From assembly GCA_965215195.1 (NCBI GenBank), contig CBDCDC010000002.1, positions 1,152,001 to 1,216,000 on the forward strand: a DNA stretch of 64,000 nucleotides, in the 5' to 3' direction. Source of the stretch: Candidatus Latescibacterota bacterium (lineage in GTDB: Bacteria > Latescibacterota > UBA2968 > UBA8231). The notes below the pieces were generated by a model, which was not told the DNA's origin, searched no databases, and saw nothing but the letters and a program-made list of their open reading frames with translations. A program made the position numbers and the translations under genes. This document shows positions 1-9,451 of the stretch, piece by piece (position 1 is the first letter of the stretch; each line of letters begins with the position of its first letter).

Positions 1-1073
1 CTGGCGACGCTGGCGCGGATATCCGCATCGTCGGCGATCCCCAGTTTGCGGGCTTCCGCCACCATGATCTGCTTGCCAGCGAGGTTGTCCACGGCCTTGT
101 ACAGGCGCGCACTGTCGAGTTCGGCCGGGTGCGGCGCACGGCCCTGCTCAACTAAGGCGAGGTACTCCTGCGCCACGAGCTGGCCGCCGCGCCAAGTGAG
201 CAGCGGCGCGTCCCCTCCATCCCACTGCGTCGATTGCGGCGGAAGGACGAGCAACGCGGCAAAAACCTCCGCGTCCAGCGCGAGCTGATACTGATAGCGC
301 AGGGTGCCGACGTAGCGCTCCATATCGTCGGCCCGGCTCTGCACGCGGGCCTTTTCCTCGACCCACTCGCGGGCCGCGGCAAAGTCAACGGGGCGTCGTT
401 CTCCAAGTCTGAAGACGTGGTAGCCGCTCGCAGTCCGCACAGGGTCGGGATACACGCTGCCGACGGGCATGGTGCCGAGGGGAACCTTCAGCCCCTCGTA
501 CACCTCGCCGACCTTGAACCAGCCAACCCAACCGCCGGGCCCAAAGCGCTGCTGGATGTTCTGCAGAGAATAGGGCCGCACCAGCGATTCAAAAGGCGTC
601 CCTTCGCCGAGCAGTTCGAGGACGAGACGGGCCTCTTCTTCGGTGGCACAGACAATGTGCTGGCTGCGCACTTCCACGTCGTACTGCTGTTGGGCAAAAA
701 ACGCCCGCAGGTCCGCGTCCGAAAACGAATACAACGCCTGCACGGCCTTCTGCTCGTAGAGCTTTTTGATCAGGGCCTTGCGCTCGCTCTTGGCCACGGC
801 TTGAGCAATAGCCGAATCGCGGTCGTACCCGCGCCGGAGCCCCTCGGCAATGAGCAATTCCCGCGCAATGACGCCGTCGAGCAGCTCCTGCTTGCCTTGG
901 CTGTCTAGCTCCTCGACGTGGCCGTAGCCGGTCTCCCGCAGCTTTTGCGCCATGGCCTCGAACTGCCGCACTGAAATGGCCTTATCGCCGATGCGCAGGA
1001 CCGTCTCTTCCGCGCACAGGACCGCGCTGCACAGGACGAGGAGCGCGAAAGTGCTAATTAGCGAGTATTTCAC
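1..1073 (-). CDS. Peptidyl-prolyl cis-trans isomerase (PpiC/SurA-like), runs off window start
   Basis: Not in the ORF track because it has no stop in the window. Manual translation from GTG at 1073 gives MKYSLISTFALLVLCSAVLCAEETVLRIGDKAISVRQFEAMAQKLRETG...LLDGVIARELLIAEGLRRG, a clear paralogue of 31439..32869 with a signal peptide. Confidence 0.8.
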   Translation of the reverse strand, partial: MKYSLISTFALLVLCSAVLCAEETVLRIGDKAISVRQFEAMAQKLRETGYGHVEELDSQGKQELLDGVIARELLIAEGLRRGYDRDSAIAQAVAKSERKALIKKLYEQKAVQALYSFSDADLRAFFAQQQYDVEVRSQHIVCATEEEARLVLELLGEGTPFESLVRPYSLQNIQQRFGPGGWVGWFKVGEVYEGLKVPLGTMPVGSVYPDPVRTASGYHVFRLGERRPVDFAAAREWVEEKARVQSRADDMERYVGTLRYQYQLALDAEVFAALLVLPPQSTQWDGGDAPLLTWRGGQLVAQEYLALVEQGRAPHPAELDSARLYKAVDNLAGKQIMVAEARKLGIADDADIRASVA

Positions 1074-1209
1074 GATGTGATAAGTACCCGCGCATGTCCA
1101 ACATGTTTAGACACGCCCAAGACTTTCTCCCTTGTAGCATCAGCCTCATCAGACACCGCCGAATGTTGCTGTACTGGCGGTAGAAGTGAGGTATATGTAT
1201 TTGGTGCGC

Positions 1210-1563
1210 CTATTGGGGGACAAACGGTATGTTTGTCACATTGCGCTTCAATTGTTTTCGCTTCTTATAGGCGCATGCCGAACTGAAACCAAACCAAACG
1301 AGGAATACGAAGCCAAAAACGCCCAATGCAGAAGACCAGCCAGATTGTATCATTGCGACGGCGATGCCTACGAGGATACTGAAAAGTGCAGAAGATTGAA
1401 TAGACCAAACCTCATAGTCCTTGAGGACAGACGAATCCACCAACTCTATTTCAAGAATCTGCGGCACGGAGACCACTACGGTTGTTTTCGCAAGTGGCGT
1501 AGGCGAGTCGAAGTCAGCCTCGACGTGCTTTGCAGGTTCCGCGTCTTTGCTCGCGTCTCTCAT
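1210..1563 (-). CDS. Small hypothetical two-TM membrane protein (low GC)
   Basis: ATG overlaps the upstream stop (TAATG at 1565-1561). Two hydrophobic segments are followed by a basic tail (KKRKQLKR). Confidence 0.65.
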   Translation of the reverse strand: MRDASKDAEPAKHVEADFDSPTPLAKTTVVVSVPQILEIELVDSSVLKDYEVWSIQSSALFSILVGIAVAMIQSGWSSALGVFGFVFLVWFGFSSACAYKKRKQLKRNVTNIPFVPQ

Positions 1564-1859
1564 TAGGCTATTCTCTTTTCTAATTCTGGCCAAAAATCTT
1601 TGGGAAGATAGCCATCATATAGACCTCCAGACATTAAAGGGCCAATGACGAGATGTATCCTAATTGGAGAACCCTCGGCTACTTCTATCAGGTTTTTCTT
1701 AATTTCTTGCCATTCTTGCGGCGCGGATACCCTAACGACGTAAAAAGTGCTAAGTGGGCGTGCCCAAGAATAGTCTTCTATGCACTCTTTTAGCTGAGCG
1801 TTGAGCGCATCCCACTTCTCGCCTTCGGCATTAATATCCCACGATACTATAAAGTGCAT
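1563..1859 (-). CDS. 98-aa hypothetical protein, possible Cas2/VapD-like ferredoxin fold
   Basis: MHFIVSWDI...WARPLSTFYVV...GYLPKDFW. The hydrophobic strand-[YW]D start resembles Cas2/VapD-like small proteins. GAGGA RBS upstream. Confidence 0.65.
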   Translation of the reverse strand: MHFIVSWDINAEGEKWDALNAQLKECIEDYSWARPLSTFYVVRVSAPQEWQEIKKNLIEVAEGSPIRIHLVIGPLMSGGLYDGYLPKDFWPELEKRIA

Positions 1860-1920
1860 GGCCTTTTCCTCTCTTTGGTACATAGCTCGGTAGCTAAACC
1901 GCCGACCAATCGCAGTCCGA

Positions 1921-1949
1921 ATTATCGCCCAATAGCACTCTATCGTCAA
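1921..1949 (-). promoter_or_regulatory. Sigma70-like promoter TTGACG-N17-GATAAT
   Basis: Near-consensus -35/-10 with 17-bp spacing, pointing at the two-gene insert and the PPIase gene. Confidence 0.5.
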
Positions 1950-1964
1950 AACGCCCCGCGCTCC

Positions 1965-2189
1965 TCAACGCTCCTCCCGAATCACAATGCGCTGATCGGC
2001 CTCCACCTCCACCAGCGTCTGCACCAAGTCGTCGGCCACGGCGCGGATGCGCGACCGAGCCTCGCGGTTCCAGCGGCCTCAACCGTCAGATAGTGATTGG
2101 CATTGCCGCCATCGTTGCGCAGCAGAGTGTAATGCGGAGCGGCCGAATCCGAGACGAATGATAGCCCACAGCGGCAAGGTGCGCGGCAT
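1965..2189 (-). pseudogene. Internally deleted CRTAC1/ASPIC-UnbV gene remnant
   Basis: Fragments FVSDSAAPHYTLLRNDGGNANHYLTV and RIRAVADDLVQTLVEVEADQRIVIREE* match the C-terminus of 32906..34564. The ATG overlaps the TPR stop (TGATG). Confidence 0.85.
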
Positions 2190-3400
2190 CAGCGGCCAAC
2201 CTGCGCGGCGATTTGCTCGGCGGCCGCGAGATTGCGGCCGAGCTTGGGGTGGTTGGGCTGGTGGCGCAAGCCGCGGCGGAAGGAGGCAATGGCGCGGTCG
2301 TACTGCTTGCGCAACATCTGGACATTGCCCAAGCCCAAGTGCGCGAGGGCGTACGTGGAATCGGCCTGCAATGCTTGGCGAAACCGCTGCGCGGCCGCGT
2401 CCATTTCCCCGCGGCGGAAGTGGATGTTGCCGAGGTTGTGGTGCGCGGGCGCGAACGCAGGGTCCCGGTCGAGTGCTTGGAGGTAGCGGATGCGCGCTTC
2501 TCGATGTTGGCCGCGCTGCCCGTACACAACGGCCAAGTCGTGGTACGCGCCCGCGTCGTCCGGGTGCGTCGCCAAGGTGTTTTTCAGCATGGCGATCCGC
2601 TGTTCCTCTTCGTCGAGCCGCTTGTACAGGGCGAGCTGGTGTCGCCCCTCTTCCTTCTGCCCGCAGCGCAGCAAGGCATTGCCGAGGTTGAAGCGGGCTT
2701 GGGCAAACAGCGAATCCAGGCGCACGGCGCGGCCAAATTCGGCCGCGGCCGCTGCGTAGTCGCGCCGGAGGTAATAGCTGCGCCCCAAGCCATTGCGAAA
2801 TTGGGCCGAGGTCGCGTCCGCGGCTACGGCGCGGCCAAAGGCTTGCTCGGCGGCCGCGTAGTCGTTTTGCTTGAGATAGGCTTCGCCGAGGTTGAACCAC
2901 GCCTCCCCGTAGCTGGGCACGGCGGCAATGGCGCGCTGATAGGCGGCAATCGCGGCTGGGTAGCGCCCCTCGCGGGCGTGCAGCAAGCCCAGCACCATGT
3001 GCGCCCGGGCGCGGTCGGGCTGCTCCCGCACCGTCTGTTCGAGCAGGACCAAGGCATCGTCGTAGCGGTCGAGGCGCGTAAACAAAATGGCCAACTCGGT
3101 CCGCGTCTTGGCGTGGCTCGGCCCTAGGGCAATGGCCTGCTCGTAAGCGTGGACGGCTGCGGGCAGGGCCTCGTTTTTCGCGTGGGCCGCGGCCAGCTTG
3201 CGGTAGAGCACCGCCGATGTTGCGTTCTGGTCAACGGCGCGCTGGTAGTGGAAGGCGGCCTCTCCGTAGTGGCCGGTGTGCATCAAGCGGTCGCCCTGTA
3301 CTTCGTGCGCGGATTCGGTTGTTCGTCCACAGCTAGCAAGCACCAGCAGGAGCAGAGCTAATCGGCCTATCCGCCCCCACCGTAGGGGCGGCCCTTGCAC
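2189..3400 (-). CDS. Tetratricopeptide repeat (TPR) lipoprotein
   Basis: Multiple TPR motifs (AWFNLG, AHHNLGN) and lipobox LASC after probable GTG at 3400. Paralogue of 34561..35787. Confidence 0.85.
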   Translation of the reverse strand: MQGPPLRWGRIGRLALLLLVLASCGRTTESAHEVQGDRLMHTGHYGEAAFHYQRAVDQNATSAVLYRKLAAAHAKNEALPAAVHAYEQAIALGPSHAKTRTELAILFTRLDRYDDALVLLEQTVREQPDRARAHMVLGLLHAREGRYPAAIAAYQRAIAAVPSYGEAWFNLGEAYLKQNDYAAAEQAFGRAVAADATSAQFRNGLGRSYYLRRDYAAAAAEFGRAVRLDSLFAQARFNLGNALLRCGQKEEGRHQLALYKRLDEEEQRIAMLKNTLATHPDDAGAYHDLAVVYGQRGQHREARIRYLQALDRDPAFAPAHHNLGNIHFRRGEMDAAAQRFRQALQADSTYALAHLGLGNVQMLRKQYDRAIASFRRGLRHQPNHPKLGRNLAAAEQIAAQVGR

Positions 3401-3689
3401 TGGCCTAATGGAAATTAGGTAACTGACGTTGCGCAACCTTTGCCTTCGCCGGCTTCGACCCGAGCTCAGCCACGGGGGCATCCAGCTTAACCTCTGCGCG
3501 AAGTGGAGAGACAGTGCGCTGGGCTGGATGTCACGCCTAAAGGCGCGGTGAAGAATGACACCGGGCGAGGCCACAAGGCTGCGTAACATCACTTAGGTAC
3601 CATTTATTAAGCAGTAGAAAAGGTCTGTACCAAGACATATAAAAAGTATAGACCGGACTGGTACTACCGACAAACGCGGAGAACGCCAG

Positions 3690-4979
3690 ATGGAACGAAG
3701 AACATTCTTCAAGGGGCTCGCGGCCGCCGCGGCCACCGCCCCGCTCATTCCCGATGTGGCCGAGGGGCTTGCCGAGCGGCTCGGCACCCTCGATCGAGAC
3801 ATAGCGGCCGCTGGCAGCGAGCGCACGCTGTGGCAGCGGGTGCGCCGAGAATTTCGCCTGCACCCGGGCCTAGTGCATCTCAACTGCGGCAGCATTGGGG
3901 CGACGCCTCGCGTGGTGACCGACGCGCTCGCCTCGTACCTCGCCGAGCTGGAGGGCAATCCACTGGCCAACACTTGGGGCGGCCTCGGCAGCGAGATGGA
4001 AACGGTGCGAGCCAAGGGGGCCGCGTTTATTGGGGCCGAACTGGACGAGACCGCACTGACGCGCAACACGACTGAAGGCATGAACCACGTAGCCAGCGGC
4101 CTCGACCTCCAGCCGGGCGACGAAGTGCTGACCACGAATCACGAGCACGGCGGCGGCATGGTCTGCTGGCAGCACTTGGCGCGCACCCGCGGCGTGGTGG
4201 TTCGCTACATCAAAATGCCCAATCCCGTGCGCGATGCCGCCCAGATCTTGCAACTAGTGGAGGATCACCTGAGGCCGCGCACCCGCGTGTGCAGCTTCTG
4301 TCACATCGACACTATCACCGGGCTGCAAATGCCACTGACAGCCATCGCCGCCCTCACCCGGCCCCGCAACATCCTGCTGGTCTGCGACGGCGCGCAGGCC
4401 CCGGGCATGATCGACGTGGACGTCAAAGCACTCGGCGTGGATACCTATGCCTCCAGCAGCCACAAGTGGATGCTCGCGCCCAAGGGCACGGGCCTGCTCT
4501 ACATCCGCAGGGAAGTGCAAGATCGCGTCCGGCCCGCGTTCACGTATTCCGGTTACAGCGCCTATTCGGCCTCGTCCGGCACTCGCAATGTGCCGCAGAT
4601 CGTCGCGCACGGAGTGGCCATGGAATTTCACAACACCATTGGCCGCCGGCGCGTCGAAACGCGCTGTCGCCAGCTCTGCGCCTACGCGCGCCAGCGCTTG
4701 GCGGAAATCCCCCAACTCGCGCCGATCACCCCGCCCCAGCCCGAGCTGTTCTCGGGCATCGTCAGCTTCTCGCTCACCAGCGGCAGCCACAGCAAAGTCG
4801 TCGCCGCCCTGCAAAAGCGCGACATCCTCCTCAAGCCAGCGCAGGGCACGTACGCCTACGTGGAGGAAGCGGGCGTACCAAAGGAAAACTACAACGCCCT
4901 ACGCATCTCCACGCACATCTTCAACGACGAAACCGACATCGACCGCGCTGTCGAGGCGTTGCAGCTAGTCCTCGGCTAG
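3690..4979 (+). CDS. Aminotransferase class V (isopenicillin-N-epimerase/cysteine desulfurase-like), Tat-exported
   Basis: Twin-arginine signal ERRTFFK; motifs NTTEG, EH, DGAQ, SSHKW (PLP lysine), RISTHIFN. Confidence 0.9.
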   Translation: MERRTFFKGLAAAAATAPLIPDVAEGLAERLGTLDRDIAAAGSERTLWQRVRREFRLHPGLVHLNCGSIGATPRVVTDALASYLAELEGNPLANTWGGLGSEMETVRAKGAAFIGAELDETALTRNTTEGMNHVASGLDLQPGDEVLTTNHEHGGGMVCWQHLARTRGVVVRYIKMPNPVRDAAQILQLVEDHLRPRTRVCSFCHIDTITGLQMPLTAIAALTRPRNILLVCDGAQAPGMIDVDVKALGVDTYASSSHKWMLAPKGTGLLYIRREVQDRVRPAFTYSGYSAYSASSGTRNVPQIVAHGVAMEFHNTIGRRRVETRCRQLCAYARQRLAEIPQLAPITPPQPELFSGIVSFSLTSGSHSKVVAALQKRDILLKPAQGTYAYVEEAGVPKENYNALRISTHIFNDETDIDRAVEALQLVLG

Positions 4980-4994
4980 GGCGCGACCCCCGCG

Positions 4995-5062
4995 ATCCCC
5001 GTAGGGGCACACTCGCCCCAAAGGAAGGGCATCCCCGTAGGGGCTGACCTATGCGTCGGCCC
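4995..5062. repeat. REP-like GTAG palindromes
   Basis: Two copies of ATCCCCGTAGGGGC. The second leads into hairpin GGGCTGAC-ctatgc-GTCGGCCC. Lies between convergent genes. Confidence 0.5.
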
Positions 5063-5203
5063 GCACCTCATCCCGAATCTGCGTTTATCGGCACCCGGCG
5101 TCTGCGGGATGGTCGCTTATCGCCACCGTGAACGAAACTCCTCTCGGAATCCCTAGTGAGAAGACGCAGCAGCCCCCAGGAATTTTCAGACGGCCTCTAC
5201 GCC

Positions 5204-6202
5204 TCAGCGCCGGTTGCCCCCCTCGGGTCCGATGTCTCCCGTACCCACCCCAACGCCCGCGAGCACCTCGCTGTAGCCGGGATAGGTGACGGCGTATTGG
5301 AAGCCCTCGTTGGTGCCGGCCGCGCCAAAGCGGCCCTGCTTGTCGAGCGCCACGAAATTGAGGTGCAATTCCTCGACCGGACGCGGGTCAAGTGCCACGA
5401 TGCGGCCGATGGTCTCCGCGCAGGCTTCCTCCGGGTGCAGCCCTTGGCGCATGTATTCGACCGCGAGGAAGGTGGCGCAGTAGCGCATGACATTCTCGCC
5501 CAAGCCGGTGGCCCCGGCCGCGCCCACGCCCCCATCGACGTACAGGCCGCTGCCAATGATCGGGGAGTCGCCGACGCGGCCCGGCAGCTTGTAACCCCAG
5601 CCGCTGGTCGAGCAGCCACCAGCGAGCCGCCTGTCGGCGTCAAGCCCGAGCAGGGCGATGGTGTCGTGATTGTCGGCCGCGCCCTGCTTTTCCCGCCATT
5701 CCTCCCACGCCTTGCGCCTTTCTTCCGTCAGCAAATCGACGCTTGCAAACCCCTGCTCCAGCGCGAACTGCCGCGCACCTTCGCCGACGAGCATGACGTG
5801 CTTGGTCTCGTCCATCACCCGGCGCGCTACCGAGATCGGGTGCAGGATGCCCTCGATGGCGGCGACGCTGCCAGCGCGTTGCCCCTCGCCGTCCATGATA
5901 CAGGCGTCGAGCTGCACCACGCCCCGGGCATTAGGTATGCCCCCCAATCCTACGGATGCGTTGGAAGCGTCGGCCTCGGCCACGTGGATGCCGCGCTCAA
6001 CTGCGTCGAGGATGGAGCCGCCCTGTGCGGCGATCCGCAGCGCTTGTTCGTTGGCGGCCTTGCCAAAGGGCCACGTAGAAATGAAGAGGGGGCGAGCCGT
6101 GCTCATGGGGATGTCCTTTTCCGCGCGGGCCGTCCCGGCGAGGGCTAGACCGCCGGCAGCTAGCGCGGTCTCGCGCATGAAGCGGCGGCGGCTCAGGGGC
6201 AT
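5204..6202 (-). CDS. N(4)-(beta-N-acetylglucosaminyl)-L-asparaginase / Ntn-hydrolase, Tat-exported
   Basis: SRRRFM Tat signal, HDTI autocleavage site, STSG and GRVGDSP motifs. Confidence 0.9.
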   Translation of the reverse strand: MPLSRRRFMRETALAAGGLALAGTARAEKDIPMSTARPLFISTWPFGKAANEQALRIAAQGGSILDAVERGIHVAEADASNASVGLGGIPNARGVVQLDACIMDGEGQRAGSVAAIEGILHPISVARRVMDETKHVMLVGEGARQFALEQGFASVDLLTEERRKAWEEWREKQGAADNHDTIALLGLDADRRLAGGCSTSGWGYKLPGRVGDSPIIGSGLYVDGGVGAAGATGLGENVMRYCATFLAVEYMRQGLHPEEACAETIGRIVALDPRPVEELHLNFVALDKQGRFGAAGTNEGFQYAVTYPGYSEVLAGVGVGTGDIGPEGGNRR

Positions 6203-6205
6203 GGC

Positions 6206-6652
6206 CTAATCCTCGTCGGCACCGTGGTCATCGTCGTCTTTATAGGCAATGGCGGCAATCTCGACGCGAAAGTCAAAGACGATCTGCGCCCCGCCGGTGC
6301 AGGCCCGCGCCGGGAATTGCTCCTCAAAGTACGAGGCGTATGCCTTGTTCATCTCGTGATAGTCCTCAATGTCTGAGAGCCAGACGGTGACATTGACCAA
6401 GTCGTCGTACGCATACCCGTTCTCTGCGAGTATCCGCCCGATGTTTTCCATGACCTGATGGGTCTCGGCCGCGACCGACTCCTTGACGTCGGCACCGTCG
6501 GCCGTGCGGGCGATCTGGCCGCTGATGAAGAGGAAGCCGCCGGCTTGGCGGGCCGGGCTAAAGGGCAGGGTCTTGAGCGGCACGGCCTCTTGGGCCAAGG
6601 CCGGCGAGACAGCGAGCGCAAACGCAAGCGCAGCGCAGATACAGCTTTTCAT
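6206..6652 (-). CDS. RidA/YjgF family protein with signal peptide
   Basis: LPFS, ISGQI, MNKAYASYF, PAR, VEI motifs; N-terminal Sec signal ending ALA-Q. Confidence 0.85.
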   Translation of the reverse strand: MKSCICAALAFALAVSPALAQEAVPLKTLPFSPARQAGGFLFISGQIARTADGADVKESVAAETHQVMENIGRILAENGYAYDDLVNVTVWLSDIEDYHEMNKAYASYFEEQFPARACTGGAQIVFDFRVEIAAIAYKDDDDHGADED

Positions 6653-6729
6653 AAGGTATCTCCTGATTCGGGTTGGAGTTGGTTAATAAGCGCAATAGCC
6701 TACCGAGCGACAACCGACGCTGGGTGCCG

Positions 6730-7011
6730 ATGCGGGCCGGCAAGAATCAAAACACCTTGCTGGACGAACATATTAAAAAGATCACTGCCGCGTGTAAAAG
6801 ACGCGAAGACGTGGACAAATGCGCTCATCTCGCCCCTTTTGAGGAAATTAGGGAAAACGACTTCAATTTGAACATTCCGCGTTATGTAGATACTTTTGAG
6901 GAGGAAGAGATTGATATTGACGCGGTGGAGAAGGAGATTGTGCGGATGGAAGGGGAATTGAGCGTGGTGCGGGGGGAGATGGGGCGATTGTTGAAGGGAA
7001 TCCGCAGGTGA
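6730..7011 (+). pseudogene. hsdM: Type I R-M HsdM C-terminal remnant
   Basis: GKNQNTL...EIRENDFNLNIPRYVDTFEEEEIDI is the typical HsdM C-terminus; the catalytic part is absent. Confidence 0.85.
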
Positions 7012-7121
7012 TGCAGATTAGCGCAGATGATAGAAGGGATGGGGAGACGTATGCAGTTATTGGTGCTGCGAGACTAGAGCACAAAAGGTTGGTGTTTAAT
7101 CTGCGGATAAAAGGAGAATAA
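7011..7121 (+). pseudogene. GxxExxY-family remnant (in-frame internal deletion)
   Basis: MQISADDRRDGETYAVIGAA joined to RLEHKRLVFNL, which resemble the N- and C-termini of GxxExxY proteins. Flanked by CGCAGAT/ATCTGCG motifs. Confidence 0.55.
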
Positions 7122-7125
7122 AAGC

Positions 7126-7539
7126 ATGAGACGACGAGAAGCCCGCCTCATTTTGGGTGTGGATGAGGACGCCACCACAGACGCGATAAAATCGGCGTTT
7201 CGCCGCTATGCCCTCGAGCATCACCCCGACCGCAACCCGGACAACCCGGATGCCGAAGAGGCATTTAAGAAGGGTGCCCATGCCTATCGCTTGCTGACGG
7301 GACAGGAGGGGGCCGATCTGGATGCGTTGTTTGAGCAGTTTGAGGATATAGAGCAAGCTCTCGACAACATGAAGCAGTCCTTTGACGAATTTGAAAAAAA
7401 TATGTCAGAAGGACTCGACAATATATCACAGGGACTCGACAAGATCGAAACTAAGATGTCCCGCATGTTTAAGTGGGTCATCATCTTGGTGATTTTCAAG
7501 ACCCTATCGTTGAGTCTTCTCATTCTGTTCGGTTCCTGA
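7126..7539 (+). CDS. J-domain (DnaJ) protein with coiled coil and C-terminal TM anchor
   Basis: ILGV...IKSAFRRYALEHHPDRN (HPD motif); hydrophobic C-terminus; AGGAG RBS. Confidence 0.85.
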   Translation: MRRREARLILGVDEDATTDAIKSAFRRYALEHHPDRNPDNPDAEEAFKKGAHAYRLLTGQEGADLDALFEQFEDIEQALDNMKQSFDEFEKNMSEGLDNISQGLDKIETKMSRMFKWVIILVIFKTLSLSLLILFGS

Positions 7540-7550
7540 TCTGTGTGAGA

Positions 7551-7597
7551 ATCCGCAGATGACGCAGATAATGCGAACATCTGCGCCATCTGCGGAT
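7551..7597. repeat. Inverted repeat / hairpin (ATCCGCAGATGACGCAGAT...ATCTGCGCCATCTGCGGAT)
   Basis: Near-perfect 19-bp stem visible directly; related half-sites at ~7000-7030 and ~7099-7108. Confidence 0.7.
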
Positions 7598-7613
7598 AAC
7601 GGAGACTAAAGGC

Positions 7614-8147
7614 ATGAGCAAGAAACCCTCAAAAAACCTTACCATCCGCAACAGCACGGCGGAATTTCTTATCTGCGCCAATCAAGCCGGCGAGAATGGG
7701 ACTGAAGTGCGTTATCAGGACGAAACCATCTGGCTCACGCAAAAACTCATGGCTGAGCTATTTGATGTCAGCATCCCAACGATCAACGAGCATCTGAAAA
7801 ACATCTTTGAGTCTGGAGAATTACAATCAGATTCAGTTATTAGGAAATTCCGAATAACTGCCGCTGACGGGAAAAACTACAGCACCCAGTTTTACAACCT
7901 CGACGCCATTATTTCCGTTGGCTATAGGGTGAACTCCAAACGCGCTACCCAATTTCGCCAATGGGCAACCCATATCCTGCGGGAATTTGCTATCAAAGGC
8001 TATGTGCTCGATAAAGAGCGGCTGGAAAACGGCGCGTTTCTCGGCGAGGACTATTTTGAGCGGTTGCTGGAGGAAATCCGCGAGATTCGTCTTCGGCTAT
8101 CCAACCGCAAACTGTTCCCAAGGGAACTGAAAGGAAAGAGTTGGTAA
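7614..8147 (+). pseudogene. rhuM: Virulence RhuM family protein, 3'-truncated and fused to a foreign tail
   Basis: IRNSTAEFL, WLTQKLMAELF, YNLDAIISVGYRVNS, ATQFRQWA; sequence diverges after EEIREIRL. Confidence 0.8.
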
Positions 8148-8228
8148 GCCAGACTGTACTGCTCGATAGTGGCCCCCTCGGTCTACTAACCAATCCAAAT
8201 GTATCGGAACGGGCCAAGCAATGTGTGA
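8141..8228 (+). pseudogene. PIN-domain toxin N-terminal remnant
   Basis: SQTVLLDSGPLGLLTNP resembles PIN N-termini. The preceding RLSNRKLFP..LKGKSW resembles the cognate upstream partner's C-terminus (from recall). Confidence 0.45.
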
Positions 8229-8780
8229 GGTGGAACGCCATCAACCCGAGACAGTAGCAATTGGAATGGAGATGTTTTTTGGCTCACTCCATCAGAAGTT
8301 ACTAAACTATCTGAAAAGTACATCGATTCTACCGAAAGACAAATAACCCGAAAAGGACTCTCCCATACAACATTACTTCCTGAAAACTGTCTTATCGTAT
8401 GCACCAGAGCTACTATAGGAAACTGTTGCATCAATACTATCCCTATGGCAATCAATCAAGGATTTAAATGTATCCACCCTCATAAAGACTATTCAGTCAT
8501 ATTCTTATACTATACCTTTCAATTATTAAAGGCACAACTAGTAAGATTGTCCTGTGGAAATACATTTGGTGAAGTTTCAAGAAAAGACTTTGCCAATATC
8601 ATAATATCTATTCCGACCTTATTTGAGCAGAAAACTATTGCTGAACATCTGGATACTGCACAACAGGAAATATATCTACTCAAACAACTCGTCGAACAAT
8701 ACCGCACTCAAAAGCGCGGATTGATGCAGAAACTGCTGATAGGCGAATGGAGAATAAAATTAAACAAAGGAGAGCATTAA
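8229..8780 (+). pseudogene. hsdS: Type I R-M HsdS C-terminal half (single TRD)
   Basis: Open frame from GGTPST...WLTPSE...RATIG...NQGF...IPTLFEQKTIAEHLD...QKRGLMQKLL; no start codon or first TRD. Confidence 0.85.
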
Positions 8781-8781
8781 A

Positions 8782-9451
8782 ATGGCCAGAAAGATTTTTG
8801 TCTCTTATAAACACAGCGATAATTCTGTTGAACCTCTCAATTATGAAACGACAGCTCGTGCTTACGTGGATAAAATAATTGAATTATTTGAAGGAGATGA
8901 AATCTATAAAGGAGAAGGGGATGAAGATTTAAGTGAATTTAAAGATGCTACTATTGAAATGCACCTGAAAAATAAAATTTACGATAGCAATATCACACTT
9001 GTTTTGATCTCACCTAATATGAAAGATAGATACAAAAAAGAATCTGACCAATGGATTCCTTGGGAGATTTCCTAACTCTCTCAAGGAAATCACGCGGGAC
9101 GGTCGCACGAGCCGCACAAACGGAATATTGGCGATTGTGTTGCCAGATCAATACTCCTCCTATCGCTACTTTCTTGATGAGGACTCTTGTCCATTTTGTC
9201 ACTGTATAACTTTACATACTAACAAGCTGTTTCAAATACTAAGAGACAATATGTTTAACATAAAGGAGCCTATTTTTAACAATTGCTCTAACCATACGAT
9301 TACCAATCCTGTTTACATAGGGCCATTTTCCTATATTTCCTCAGTCAAATGGTGTGATTTCGTAGGAAACAAAGAAAAATATCTTCAAGAAGTAGAATAT
9401 CTGAGAGACAATGTAGACGACTACAACATGAAGAAAATTATAGAAAATTGA
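8782..9451 (+). pseudogene. TIR-domain protein (MTH538/ThsB-like), split by +1 frameshift
   Basis: KIFVSYK...[10 protein letters not shown]...WIPWEIS, then TAAC at 9073-9076. Removing one A restores [29 protein letters not shown] in frame with 9128..9451. Confidence 0.8.

Noticed and set aside
234-908. Plus-strand 224-aa ORF and many similar long antisense ORFs (e.g. 2213..3127, 5156..6148, 21178..22149)
   Set aside because: Shadow ORFs of GC-rich genes on the opposite strand; no recognisable motifs.
1563-1859. CRISPR-Cas locus implied by the Cas2-like protein
   Set aside because: No cas1, other cas genes or array in the window.
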